Shown here: in pieces, positions 52,190-63,517 of the stretch
Numbering within the stretch: position 1 is the stretch's first letter
How the letters are laid out: each line of letters opens with the position of its first letter
Assembly: GCA_965198115.1 (NCBI GenBank)
Contig: OZ240241.1
Coordinates: forward strand, 4,832,001-4,896,000
DNA length: 64,000 nt
From: Candidatus Latescibacterota bacterium
GTDB lineage: Bacteria > Latescibacterota > UBA2968
Reading direction: 5' to 3'
The notes under the pieces: generated by a model
The model's input: only the letters and a program-made list of their open reading frames with translations
Told to the model about the DNA's origin: nothing
The model's database searches: none
Translations under genes and position numbers: made by a program

Positions 52190-53143
52190 ATGCGTCATCT
52201 TCTGATCATCACGGTACTCGCCGCTCTGCTCGGATCTTCCTGCGCTCGACGCGAGGCGTATCGAGCGATCCACCTGGCGCACGAGTACGAAGAAAATGGT
52301 TATCCGGATCGCGCTCTGCGGGCCTACGAATCCGCTCTCCTTGCGTCGCCGGAGGATGCCTATGTGCTGCAGACGGTCGGCAACGCCTTCTTCCGACGAC
52401 GTGAATTCGACCGGGCGACCGAGCTTTACGTTCGGGCGCTCGAGGTGGAGCCCGCCTACCTGGATGCGTTCGAGGGGTTGATTTTTACGGCTCGTGCTCA
52501 GGAACAGCACGACTCGGCACTCGGGTGGTTGGAGCGTGCGGCCAAAATCGTCCCCGACCACGGTCCTCTGTCCGAGCAACTCATCGATGTCTACGTTGCC
52601 CAGGATCGTCTGGACGAAGCGCTGGCTCTGCTCGAGCGGCTCGTAGAGACTCACGATGACGAGGCCTGGATTCACTTCCGACTGGGCCATCTGCGGGTTC
52701 AGCTTCGTGACTACGACGGAGCGGTCGCCGCTTTCGAGCGTGCCACCCAACTGGATCCCCAAAACCCGAATGGGTGGTCTTCTCTTGGAACGGCTCACTA
52801 TGAGGGGAAGGACAACGCCGCGGCGATCGAGGCTTACGCGAAGGCGCTGGAGATCGATCCTCGCGACGACAGCAGTCTGAACAATCTGGCGTGGGTCTAT
52901 GCTACGATGGGTCGAAATCTGGACAAGGCGATCCGGCTTTCGCGCCGTTCACTCCAGATCCGTCCCGATACGCCGCAGTATATCGACACGCTGGCCGATC
53001 TTTATTATCAGAAGGGTGACCGGGACAGGGCTCTGGAGCTGATCCGGTATGCCATCGGGCTCGGGCCCGAGTCGACGGAACTGATGGAACACCTGGCGCG
53101 GCAGCTGGCCCGCTTCGAGCGGGGACCTTTGGGCAAAGTCTGA
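52190..53143 (+). CDS. TPR-repeat (lipo)protein
   Basis: Lipobox-like GSSC, multiple TPR units, LNNLAW and YIDTLA. Confidence 0.88.
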   Translation: MRHLLIITVLAALLGSSCARREAYRAIHLAHEYEENGYPDRALRAYESALLASPEDAYVLQTVGNAFFRRREFDRATELYVRALEVEPAYLDAFEGLIFTARAQEQHDSALGWLERAAKIVPDHGPLSEQLIDVYVAQDRLDEALALLERLVETHDDEAWIHFRLGHLRVQLRDYDGAVAAFERATQLDPQNPNGWSSLGTAHYEGKDNAAAIEAYAKALEIDPRDDSSLNNLAWVYATMGRNLDKAIRLSRRSLQIRPDTPQYIDTLADLYYQKGDRDRALELIRYAIGLGPESTELMEHLARQLARFERGPLGKV

Positions 53144-53421
53144 GAAGACACCGGCGTTTTTGTTCCGAACGTCGGGTCGGGGATTCGAGCGTATGGCGGA
53201 AGAGGAAGAAGCAGAAGAACAGCAGGAAATCGCGCAGCCACCGGCTTCGGGGCCGTATCGGTATCTGCTGTTGATCATCATCATTATGATTCTGGAGACG
53301 GCGGGTGCCTTCCTGCTCTTGGATTGGGCCGTGCCCGCTCCCGAAATGGTGGAGGAAGAGGCACCGATCGAAGTCCTGACCGAGGAGAAGTTCGTCCCGC
53401 CGATTTTCTACGAACAGCTAG

Positions 53422-54991
53422 CCTGAATTATGCATAAAAAAGGTAGTCTCCTTGTACAAGTGTTTGTTTTTCCCTACATTAGGGCTGACACATCAAAACA
53501 ACACTTGGAAGGAACTACCGTGATAGAACCTAGTCAGATCCGGTTACCATTCGCAAGCATTTCGGGCAAGGTAGTTGAGGCTGATTTTGCCGGTGGCGCC
53601 GTCAGGAGTGACGGTGGAGTTCTGTTGCTTCGCGCCCTTGAGTCTCAGATGGGATTGATCGCCAGAATGGTAGATGCTTTGCGAGATCGTCGTCACCCAA
53701 GCTATATCGATCACACGCTTTTGGATCTTGTGAAGCAGCGTGTTTTTCAGATCGCTTGCGGCTATGAAGATGCCGTCGATTGTGATGATTTGCGCCACGA
53801 TCCGGGCGTCAAGGCTGCCTGCGATCGGCTTCCTCTTTCCGGTCCTGATCTCGGGAGCCAATCAACGATGACACGACTTGAGAATGATGTGCGACGCTCG
53901 GATTTGTATCGGCTCGCACGGGCTTTTGTAGACGGGTTCATCGCATCGTATGACCAGGCACCCCCAAGCATCATTCTCGATATCGACGACACGGATGACC
54001 CAACGCACGGTGCGCAACAATTTTCACTCTTCAACGCGTATTACAATGAACACTGCTATATGCCGCTACATATCTATGAAGGCCAAAGCGGCAAGCTCAT
54101 TACGACGATCTTGAGACCCGGGCATCCGACGAACGGTAAACAGGTCGTTTCTATTCTCAAGCGCTTGGTGGAACACCTACGCGGATCTTGGCCAAACGTG
54201 GAGATCATCGTTCGCGCAGACTCAAAGTTCAGCTCACCAGAGATGCACGATTTCTGCGAAGACAACGGTATCTACTACGTTCTGGGCCAGGGCGCCAACT
54301 CCAAGCTCAAAGCGGCTGGACAAAACCTGATGGACCAAGCGCTACGTCTGAGCGAGCATAAGGAGACGATTCGCTTGTTCTCATCCTTCTCATATCAGGC
54401 TGGCACCTACCGGCAGCCTCGCCGGATCATTCACAAGGCTGAAGTCACAAACGGCGAAGCAAATCCAAGATACCGCGTGACCAATTTACAGAGTAATCGA
54501 GACGGCTTTATCTATGATCGTATCCGATCGAACATCGTGCCACAAGTTTGAAGCCAACCAGTTCCGACTCTTTCTACACAGTGCTGCATACGCCTTGCTT
54601 CACGCACTCCGATCACAGGGACTCAAGGGCACCGCGTGGACCAAACCTCAGGTCAACACGATACAGAACCGTTTCCTCAAAATCGGCGCGAGAGTCATTG
54701 AAAGCGCACGAAGAATCCGATTCCATTTTCCAACATCGTATCCACTCAAAAACGTCTTGGTGTCAATCATCACCAGGCTCGAAACGAACACGCAGTAACA
54801 ACGCCGATCTATACCGGGGACAGCTATGTACACGTCGCAAAACAACACCTGTTCCGGACGAAAATCGTGACTCTTGCGACTCGTAGAGACCGCTTACGGG
54901 ACCTTGGACATCCGAAGAAGCCGAGAACAAATCCTGTGCGTGATCACATCACTCCAAAACAACCTAAACTCAAATTCATGCATGATTCAGG
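53422..54991 (+). mobile_element. IS1380-family IS
   Basis: IRs CCTGAATTATGCAT / ATGCATGATTCAGG; 4-bp TSD CTAG at 53418-53421 and 54992-54995. Confidence 0.95.
53520..54798 (+). pseudogene. IS1380 transposase with internal deletion/frameshift near 54525
   Basis: SDGGVLLL, GYED..D...LRHDP, LDIDDTDDPTHGAQQ, RADS.F and SCHKFEANQFRL. Confidence 0.88.
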
Positions 54992-54997
54992 CTAGCG

Positions 54998-55034
54998 GAG
55001 ATGACTACCCCTCGACTCGAGGGGTAGTCATCTC
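54998..55034. repeat. Perfect 18-bp inverted repeat with a 1-nt spacer
   Basis: GAGATGACTACCCCTCGA-C-TCGAGGGGTAGTCATCTC. Confidence 0.9.
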
Positions 55035-55264
55035 GTTTCGACGACCGTGGTACTGGAAGTCGATCGGCAACCAGGCATCGACGAGCTGATCCTCAAACAC
55101 ACGCTGATCTGGGATCTGTGTCTTCGGACGCTCGAGGGCTTCTCGATCGACGAAATGCGTGACGCCGAGAGATTGCCGGTCAAAGAGAAGCTGATAGAGG
55201 CGATCAACGGAGAACTGAGGAACGGGATTATCACGGGCGTCTACTTTACCGAATTCATTATGCA

Positions 55265-55807
55265 ATGAGTGCGATGTCTGACCGGATGGAAAAGCCGATT
55301 TTGCCGGATCCCGAGTGGGGTTCCACCTTCGAGCCCGGAGTCGATAAGGAGAACGAACTTTTCGACATTCTGGCCAGGATGCCGATTTTCGATACGCTGA
55401 ATGCTGCGGAGATACGCGAAGTCGAGCGAATCGTCCATCGTCGGAACTTCGTCAAGGGAGAGATGGTCATCCGAGCGTGGATTCCCCGGTCCGGTCTGTT
55501 CGTCGTGCTCTCTGGCAGTGTCGACGTGGTGCACCAGTCGGGTAGCGAAATGATGGTCATCGGCACGCTGGAAGCCGGTGAGCTGCTCGGAGAATTCGCG
55601 GTTCTCGACGATTCTCCACGTTCTACTCACATCGTCGCTGCCGAAGCGAGTGAGTTGATCGGTTTCTTCCGCCCGGATCTGATGGACCTGATGGAGACCA
55701 ACCCGACCTGCGGATTCAAGATCCTCTACCGAATGTCTCAGATTATGTCCTCCCGGCTCGTTCGAGTCGTCGACGATCTACGACGATTGCGGGCCACCCT
55801 GTCCTGA
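55265..55807 (+). CDS. Stand-alone cyclic nucleotide-binding domain protein
   Basis: LFVVLSGSVDV and GELLGEFAVLDDSPRST; no HTH. Confidence 0.9.
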   Translation: MSAMSDRMEKPILPDPEWGSTFEPGVDKENELFDILARMPIFDTLNAAEIREVERIVHRRNFVKGEMVIRAWIPRSGLFVVLSGSVDVVHQSGSEMMVIGTLEAGELLGEFAVLDDSPRSTHIVAAEASELIGFFRPDLMDLMETNPTCGFKILYRMSQIMSSRLVRVVDDLRRLRATLS

Positions 55808-55868
55808 CCGATCACACTGCGCTGGTTTGCCCGGGTTCAGGCCGGCCCGTATATTTGGCGGTCTGTGA

Positions 55869-58033
<2,165 letters not shown>

Positions 58034-58110
58034 GCCCTCGGCCGTGATGTCCGAGGGTTTCTCAGATCAGCCGGCGTAGCGCTTCGGCAGATGCGGTGCG
58101 AGACGAATCG

Positions 58111-58427
58111 ATGAGAACCTTACCCTCTCCGATAACCCAGGATGGTGATGTCATTGCCGAACCCGTCGTGAACGACCGGGGAATGGTCATCCTGCCGAAG
58201 GGTGCGGCTCTTTCGTCCAAGGTGATCGATCGCCTGAGGAACATGAACGTCACCGAGGTCGTCGTGGAAGGGGACGATCCTGACGCACCTCCTCCGAAGA
58301 CATACGAAGAGCTGATCGAGGAACTGGAAGATCGGTCAGCGGTCACGAGGAGAACGCGACGATGATGGCGATCAAGGAAAAGGCGCGGGAACATCTCGAC
58401 GCACGTTTTGCGGATGGGGAATCGTAG
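58111..58427 (+). CDS. Small hypothetical protein of the type found upstream of HDOD genes (frameshift near 58336)
   Basis: GDVIAEPVVNDRGMVILPKGAALS..IDRL.NM.V..V.VEG; a shifted frame continues SGHEENATMMAIKE...* to a TAG overlapping the next GTG. Confidence 0.7.
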
Positions 58428-59245
58428 TGGAAGCAGGCGAACTCAGACGACTCGTTGAAAAGATCCAGTCTTTGCCGACGCTGCCGGGTATCGTGGTGCG
58501 TATCACCAAGATGCTCGACAACCCGGAAACGACGGCCAACGAGGTGGGGAGGCAGATCGAAAACGACCAGGTGCTGTCGGCGAAGGTGCTGAAACTCGTG
58601 AATTCAGGCTTCTACGGCTTCTCGCAACCGATCGGCACGATTCCCCACGCGATGGTGTTGCTGGGCTTCGGCGTGGTGAAAACGCTGGTCCTGTCGACTT
58701 CGGTGCTGGATATGATGTCAAGATCGATGGCAGGGCTGTGGCAACATTCGCTCGCTTGCGCCAGGACGTGTGGGATCATCGCCAGGTTCATCGATATGGA
58801 CGATCCGGAAGAAGTCAGCGTGACCGGTCTGCTTCACGATCTGGGTAAAGTGGTCATCGAGGAGCACCTGCCAGAGGAGTTCGAGCAGGTGGTCGAGAAG
58901 ATCGAGGGGGAAGACGCGCTTTTTTACGAGGCGGAGGAGGCGGTGTTGGGCGTCAGTCACGCGAGCATCGGCGCCTGGCTGCTCGACAAATGGATGCTCC
59001 CGAGCCAGCTGGTCAATCCCATTATGTTCCATCACAACTTTCATCCCTCCCGCGCTCACGCCGATCGCACGGCGGTCGTCCACATCGCCGACATACTCGT
59101 GCGCGCCGAGGGGTTCGCGTCGGGGGGCGACAACGGCATCCCCACGATGTCGAGGGAGGCGATGGAAACGCTTCAGCTCGGGATCGAAGATTTGGGCGAG
59201 ATTACAGATATGATGCAGGACGAGATGAAGGACGTGATGCGTTGA
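58427..59245 (+). CDS. HDOD domain protein
   Basis: LPTLP, DQVLSAKVLKLVNS.FYG, LWQHS, GLLHDLGK, HASIG..L..W.LP and FHH. Confidence 0.95.
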   Translation: MEAGELRRLVEKIQSLPTLPGIVVRITKMLDNPETTANEVGRQIENDQVLSAKVLKLVNSGFYGFSQPIGTIPHAMVLLGFGVVKTLVLSTSVLDMMSRSMAGLWQHSLACARTCGIIARFIDMDDPEEVSVTGLLHDLGKVVIEEHLPEEFEQVVEKIEGEDALFYEAEEAVLGVSHASIGAWLLDKWMLPSQLVNPIMFHHNFHPSRAHADRTAVVHIADILVRAEGFASGGDNGIPTMSREAMETLQLGIEDLGEITDMMQDEMKDVMR

Positions 59246-59286
59246 TACGATATCAGATTGCCGATATCCGATTTATGAAATCCGAA

Positions 59287-60660
59287 GAGCTATAATCAAA
59301 AGGTGTGGAAAAAGAGAAAGGGCGACCCTACCCTTCCCGTGAGATAGTTGATTCACACAAAACCGGGTGAGAGGCCCGGTTGGGAAGGAGGATCGCCGTG
59401 AAGGAACATACGCATAGAGTCCCATTGAAGTCCATGCCGACGTGGGAGACGGTTGACGATTGGATCCGTGAAGAGATCCAGGGCCGGTTCCAGTCCATTC
59501 TGGAGGAGGAGGCGACCGCGTTCTTGGGCCGGTCGTGGTATGAGCGCCGAGCCGAGGTCGATAGCTCCAGGGGCTACAGGAACGGCTACGGCAAGCCCCG
59601 GCGTCTCTCGACGAGCTGCGGAACGATCAAGGTCCGGCGTCCCCGGGTTCGTGGTCTGGAAGAGCGGTTTGAAAGCCGCATCCTCCCCCTGTTCGCCCGG
59701 AGAACCAGGGCCATTGGAGATCTGCTTCCCGACCTTTATCTCCACGGTCTCTCCCAGGGCGACTTCGAGTTGTCTTTGCGTGCGCTGCTCGGTGATGGCG
59801 CGCCGCTTTCGCCGACCTCGATCGCTCGTCTTCGAGGGAAGTGGGAGGTCGACTTCCAGGACTGGAAAGAAAGGCGTCTGGATAATCGCGAACTGGTCTA
59901 CGCCTGGGCTGATGGCATCTACGTCAAAGCCGGGCTCGAGCGCGAGAAGGCGTGTCTGCTGGTCGTGATCGGCGCGATGAGCGACGGCAGCAAGGAGATC
60001 CTGGCGATAGAACCCGGTTATCGAGAGTCTACAGAATCCTGGCTCACGGTGCTCCGGGATCTCCGGGATCGCGGGCTCGAACATCCTGTCCTGATCGCCG
60101 CGGACGGGAATATGGGCATCTGGGCGGCCGTTGATCAGGTCTGGCCAGAGAGCCGGCAACAACGGTGCTGGAACCACAAGATCCTCAACGTGCTCGACAA
60201 GGTCGCCAAGCGTGCACAGGCTGAAGCCCGCGCACTGCTCGTCCAGATCCCCTATGCCGGCACGAAAAAGGAGGCCGAGAAGCTCCGGAAACGCTTTGCC
60301 GCACGGTATCGCTCACAGTTCCCTGCCGCCGTGGAGACGCTCGAAAGAGACTGGGATCGGATGGTCACGTTCTACGACTTCCCGAAGGAACACTGGAAAC
60401 ACCTGAGAACCACGAACGTCGTCGAGAGCCCCTTTGCTTCCGTTCGGCTTCGCACAAACGCCGCCAGGCGATTCAAGAAAGTCAGGAACGCCACGACTCT
60501 CATCTGGCGTACGCTCAAGGTCGCAGAGAGCCGATTCAGGAAACTCACCGCGCCACACTTGCTACAACAAGTCTACGATCAGAAACACTCAACCGGACCG
60601 CAGGTCGAAGCCGGGAAGATGGCCGCCTGATTTCTTTTACACACCTATTGACCTGAGCTC
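59287..60660 (+). mobile_element. IS256-family IS
   Basis: IRs GAGCTATAATCAAAAGGTGTG / GAGCTCAGGTCAATAGGTGTG; 8-bp TSD AATCCGAA at 59279-59286 and 60661-60668. Confidence 0.95.
59398..60630 (+). CDS. IS256-family transposase
   Basis: YRNGY, YAWADGIY, RESTESW, ADG, QRCWNHK and LRTTNVVESPF. Confidence 0.95.
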   Translation: MKEHTHRVPLKSMPTWETVDDWIREEIQGRFQSILEEEATAFLGRSWYERRAEVDSSRGYRNGYGKPRRLSTSCGTIKVRRPRVRGLEERFESRILPLFARRTRAIGDLLPDLYLHGLSQGDFELSLRALLGDGAPLSPTSIARLRGKWEVDFQDWKERRLDNRELVYAWADGIYVKAGLEREKACLLVVIGAMSDGSKEILAIEPGYRESTESWLTVLRDLRDRGLEHPVLIAADGNMGIWAAVDQVWPESRQQRCWNHKILNVLDKVAKRAQAEARALLVQIPYAGTKKEAEKLRKRFAARYRSQFPAAVETLERDWDRMVTFYDFPKEHWKHLRTTNVVESPFASVRLRTNAARRFKKVRNATTLIWRTLKVAESRFRKLTAPHLLQQVYDQKHSTGPQVEAGKMAA

Positions 60661-60752
60661 AATCCGAAAGTGGCATCGGTATCTTACGCAGTCCCTTATC
60701 ACCTTTCTGATATCGGAGATCATCAATCGGATCTCTGATATCGTCCTATTTT

Positions 60753-61781
60753 ATGGATCTGACCCAGCTACCCACTGCGTTTCTCGTTTTCGACGACGCG
60801 CTGAAGCCCCTTTCCGGCAGCCGGAAGGGGTTTTCGGTTTTCGGCATCCGTCTTCGAAGAAACGACGACGTTGCCGATCGTCTTTCGGGTCTGTCGGAGG
60901 CGCTCGAGCAGGCCGGATTTCTGGATCTCCTGAGAGCCGCCGCGAGTGACCTGCATCGCGCCGGCGCCGAGACCGACTTCCAATGGGAACGGGAAGATCG
61001 GATCTACTCGGTTCGAGCCTCGCGGTTGGCCGACGGCGCCGGTATCGGTGTCGTGATGGAGGACGTGACGCGCCAGGTGCGCTTCGAAGAGACACGAGAG
61101 ACAGCGCGTCGTTTTTTGGAAGACATTCTCAACAACGTTCAGCTGGGTGTGATCGTCCTGAACGACGAGATGCGGATCACAACGATGAACCGCGCCCAGG
61201 AGCGATTCCTCCACCGCCTAGGCGTGTTCATCTGCTGGGTGGAATCGATCGGTACGCCCGTGTCGGAACTGCTGACGGATGAAGCACACGCGTGGGACGA
61301 AATCACGGCGAGGGTGGTGGAGAAGGGTGAAATGGTCGAGCATCCCCACACGCGTTTTCAGACGGATGAGGGTGAGCTCGTCCTTTCGATCGCGATTACT
61401 CCACTACGGGACGTGGTGGGGAAGGTGGTCGGGGCGATCCAGGTTTCGGAGGATGTGACAGAACGAGTGCGGCTGGAGGAGGAGTTGCACGCGACGGAGG
61501 TGGTTGCCGGGCGGCTCGAGGCGGTCCGGGAGACGGCCATCACGGTGAACCACGAAATCAACAATCCGTTGACGACGATTCTGGCGATCGCGCAGGTTCT
61601 GCTGATGGCGCCCGGCAAGTTGGACGACAGGACGCGGGAGCGACTCCAGACCGTCGAGCGTGAAGTCAAACGGATTGCGGAAGTAACCCAGCGGCTGCAA
61701 TCGATGGATGAGCTGAAGCGGGATGATTACATACCCGAGGGGCCCAAAATAATTGACATTCGAGAAGGCCCTCGGGATTAG
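60753..61781 (+). CDS. PAS plus HisKA (DHp) protein lacking an ATPase domain
   Basis: EDVT PAS ends and H-box VNHEINNPLTTI; ends about 70 aa later without N/G boxes. Confidence 0.85.
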   Translation: MDLTQLPTAFLVFDDALKPLSGSRKGFSVFGIRLRRNDDVADRLSGLSEALEQAGFLDLLRAAASDLHRAGAETDFQWEREDRIYSVRASRLADGAGIGVVMEDVTRQVRFEETRETARRFLEDILNNVQLGVIVLNDEMRITTMNRAQERFLHRLGVFICWVESIGTPVSELLTDEAHAWDEITARVVEKGEMVEHPHTRFQTDEGELVLSIAITPLRDVVGKVVGAIQVSEDVTERVRLEEELHATEVVAGRLEAVRETAITVNHEINNPLTTILAIAQVLLMAPGKLDDRTRERLQTVEREVKRIAEVTQRLQSMDELKRDDYIPEGPKIIDIREGPRD

Positions 61782-61812
61782 GAAATCACGACATTAGGAA
61801 ATTTAGCAATTG
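61777..61812. repeat. 8-mer tandem repeat (ATTAGGAA type)
   Basis: ATTAGGAA ATCACGAC ATTAGGAA ATTTAGCA ATTG. Confidence 0.7.
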
Positions 61813-61900
61813 GGTTGGGCGGGCCGGTTGTCGTTCATAGCATATGTCACGAGGCGACCATAAACTGTATTAATACAATAGTTTACGTTAAATACGTGAG

Positions 61901-61925
61901 AAAGTGGCCCCGGGGCCACTTTTAG
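61901..61925. terminator. Perfect 22-bp palindrome, probable bidirectional terminator
   Basis: AAAGTGGCCCCGGGGCCACTTT(TT) between convergent genes. Confidence 0.55.
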
Positions 61926-61961
61926 GAGATTACGCCACGATCATCGATTGCAGGGACCGGA

Positions 61962-62270
61962 CTATTTCAACATTTCGACGACGATGTTCCGCCAGGGCTC
62001 GTCACCGATGTTGATGGCTTCGTGGATCGCGTCCTGACCCTCGAGGCTGCGCCAATGGACCTCGCCGTCTCCCATTTCCCGCGGATCCCCCTTCTTCCCG
62101 TCCTCATCGGCGCCCTGCAGCAAGCCACCGCCGATCGTCACGAAGAAGTAGTCGCTCGCGTGTCGATGCACGCCCGTCGACTCGCCCGGCGCGAGCGCCA
62201 GGTCCCAAACGCGAACACGGTCGTTCTCGAAGAGCAGCTTCGTTCCCACCTGCTGTGAGATTTTTGACAT
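61962..62270 (-). CDS. Small cupin-domain protein
   Basis: VGTKLLFENDRVRVWDL.LAPGE...H.H..DY and HEA.N.G..P..N.VVE; GGAGGAGG RBS. Confidence 0.9.
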   Translation of the reverse strand: MSKISQQVGTKLLFENDRVRVWDLALAPGESTGVHRHASDYFFVTIGGGLLQGADEDGKKGDPREMGDGEVHWRSLEGQDAIHEAINIGDEPWRNIVVEMLK

Positions 62271-62295
62271 TGCCTCCTCCTCCTGAAAAACATTG

Positions 62296-62435
62296 ACCAC
62301 AGAGAACGCGGAGGACACGGAGGGGATGAACGAGGACACGGTGCGGGTCCTGGAGCTAGGCGGAACCCGGGGATTCGACTCGCTCCTCTTCATCTTCTAC
62401 GCGTTTCTCTCCGTGATCTCCGTGCCCTCCGTGGT
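62296..62435. repeat. 9-mer tandem-repeat hairpin
   Basis: ACCACAGAG AACGCGGAG GACACGGAG ... CTCCGTGAT CTCCGTGCC CTCCGTGGT. Confidence 0.88.
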
Positions 62436-62439
62436 AGGC

Positions 62440-63516
62440 TTAGGTTTTCAGTAATACGAAAACGTCGGCGCGGCGGCCCAGGATGTGGATGCCGCGAATC
62501 TGCTGGATCGGGATGAGGGTGGTTCGGGATTCGAGGATGCGTTTGAACATTTCCCACTCATTCGTGAGGATGACGGCGCGACTACCTTGAGCGAGGACGC
62601 GGTCGAATTCATTTAGCGCGCCGTCGTAGAGGTCGTTGAGTTCCGCGTGCCGTCCGATCTGGTGGCCCCACGGCGGATTGGTCGCGATCTGGGTGACGGA
62701 TCCGGCGTCGAGCGGCAGGCTTGCCGCGTTCCATTCACGTACCGTCCACGGCTTGTGGCGATCGCCGAGGTTCTCGTACGTCGCCGCGATGGCCTCGGGG
62801 CGGATGTCGCCACCGTACAGCTCGCGAAATCGCCCGGCGCGAGCTCGTTCGAGGAGGAGGGTTCCCGCCCCGCACATTGGATCGAGAAAGATGTCGTCGT
62901 CCGTCGGTTTGGCAAGCGCGATCATTGCCGCCGCGGCCGTGGGTCGAAGGGAGCCCGGCAGATTCGCGATTTTATCTGTACGATGGCGCATCGTCCAGTC
63001 CGTCAATCGCAGACCGACGACGGCCTCACGGTCGGCGATCTGGATCCAGATTTCGATGTCTCCTCCGTCTTTCACGGCGTACCACTTGCGGTAGCGTTGG
63101 CCGATGATGCCGGAGACGTGGGCGGCGAGGGCCTCGCGCCGGTATCGGCGCCACTCGGCGTCTTCGGCCTGAACGATCACGCGGTAGCTTACCGCGCCTT
63201 TCCGCGTTCTGGGGGTGACGTGACGCTTGGTGGTGATGCCATCCTCGAATGGCCAGCTCTCGCCACGGCGTCTGAAGTCGTCTAGATCCTTCTTGTCGCC
63301 CGTAATCGGAAAGACGTCGAGCTCGAAATAGACATCCTCGACGGTGAGCAGCCCGGCCAGGCCGATGTGTGCCGCGTCTGTCGCGAACGAGACGAGGTCG
63401 GTGTCCCGGATCTGTCGATACACAAAGTGCTCGGCGCCGAGCTCGCGGCGAAGCTCGCGTCGTGCGATCTCTCCGAGGCCCTTGAAGGTAACGGCGTAGA
63501 GACGATGGATCGCCAC
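62440..63516 (-). CDS. THUMP/UPF0020-type RNA methyltransferase
   Basis: GSLRPTAAAAM, FLDPMCGAGTLLLE, GGDI and TNPPWG. Confidence 0.9.
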   Translation of the reverse strand: MAIHRLYAVTFKGLGEIARRELRRELGAEHFVYRQIRDTDLVSFATDAAHIGLAGLLTVEDVYFELDVFPITGDKKDLDDFRRRGESWPFEDGITTKRHVTPRTRKGAVSYRVIVQAEDAEWRRYRREALAAHVSGIIGQRYRKWYAVKDGGDIEIWIQIADREAVVGLRLTDWTMRHRTDKIANLPGSLRPTAAAAMIALAKPTDDDIFLDPMCGAGTLLLERARAGRFRELYGGDIRPEAIAATYENLGDRHKPWTVREWNAASLPLDAGSVTQIATNPPWGHQIGRHAELNDLYDGALNEFDRVLAQGSRAVILTNEWEMFKRILESRTTLIPIQQIRGIHILGRRADVFVLLKT

Positions 63517-63517
63517 G

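Larger units (their letters stand above)
53193..55268 (+). pseudogene. fliL: FliL-like protein split by IS1380 and further frameshifted
   Basis: Acidic N-terminus, single TM and PIFYEQL before the IS; LAEMT..DSRGSHLVSTTVVLEV...KEKLIEAIN...GVYFTEFIMQ after it. Confidence 0.8.
59249..60745. repeat. 7-mer tandem-repeat hairpin interrupted by IS256
   Basis: Left arm GATATCA GATTGCC GATATCC GATTTAT GAAATCC; right arm (about 60695-60745) reverse complement GATATCA GAGATCC GATTGAT GATCTCC GATATCA. Confidence 0.75.

Noticed and set aside
61861-61885. TAA-N19-TTA palindromic motif (similar at about 38387)
   Set aside because: It resembles generic nucleoid-protein sites and is too degenerate to call.
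62340-62395. tRNA-like GGATTCGACTC segment
   Set aside because: I could not form a cloverleaf or acceptor stem; it is the spacer of the 9-mer hairpin.
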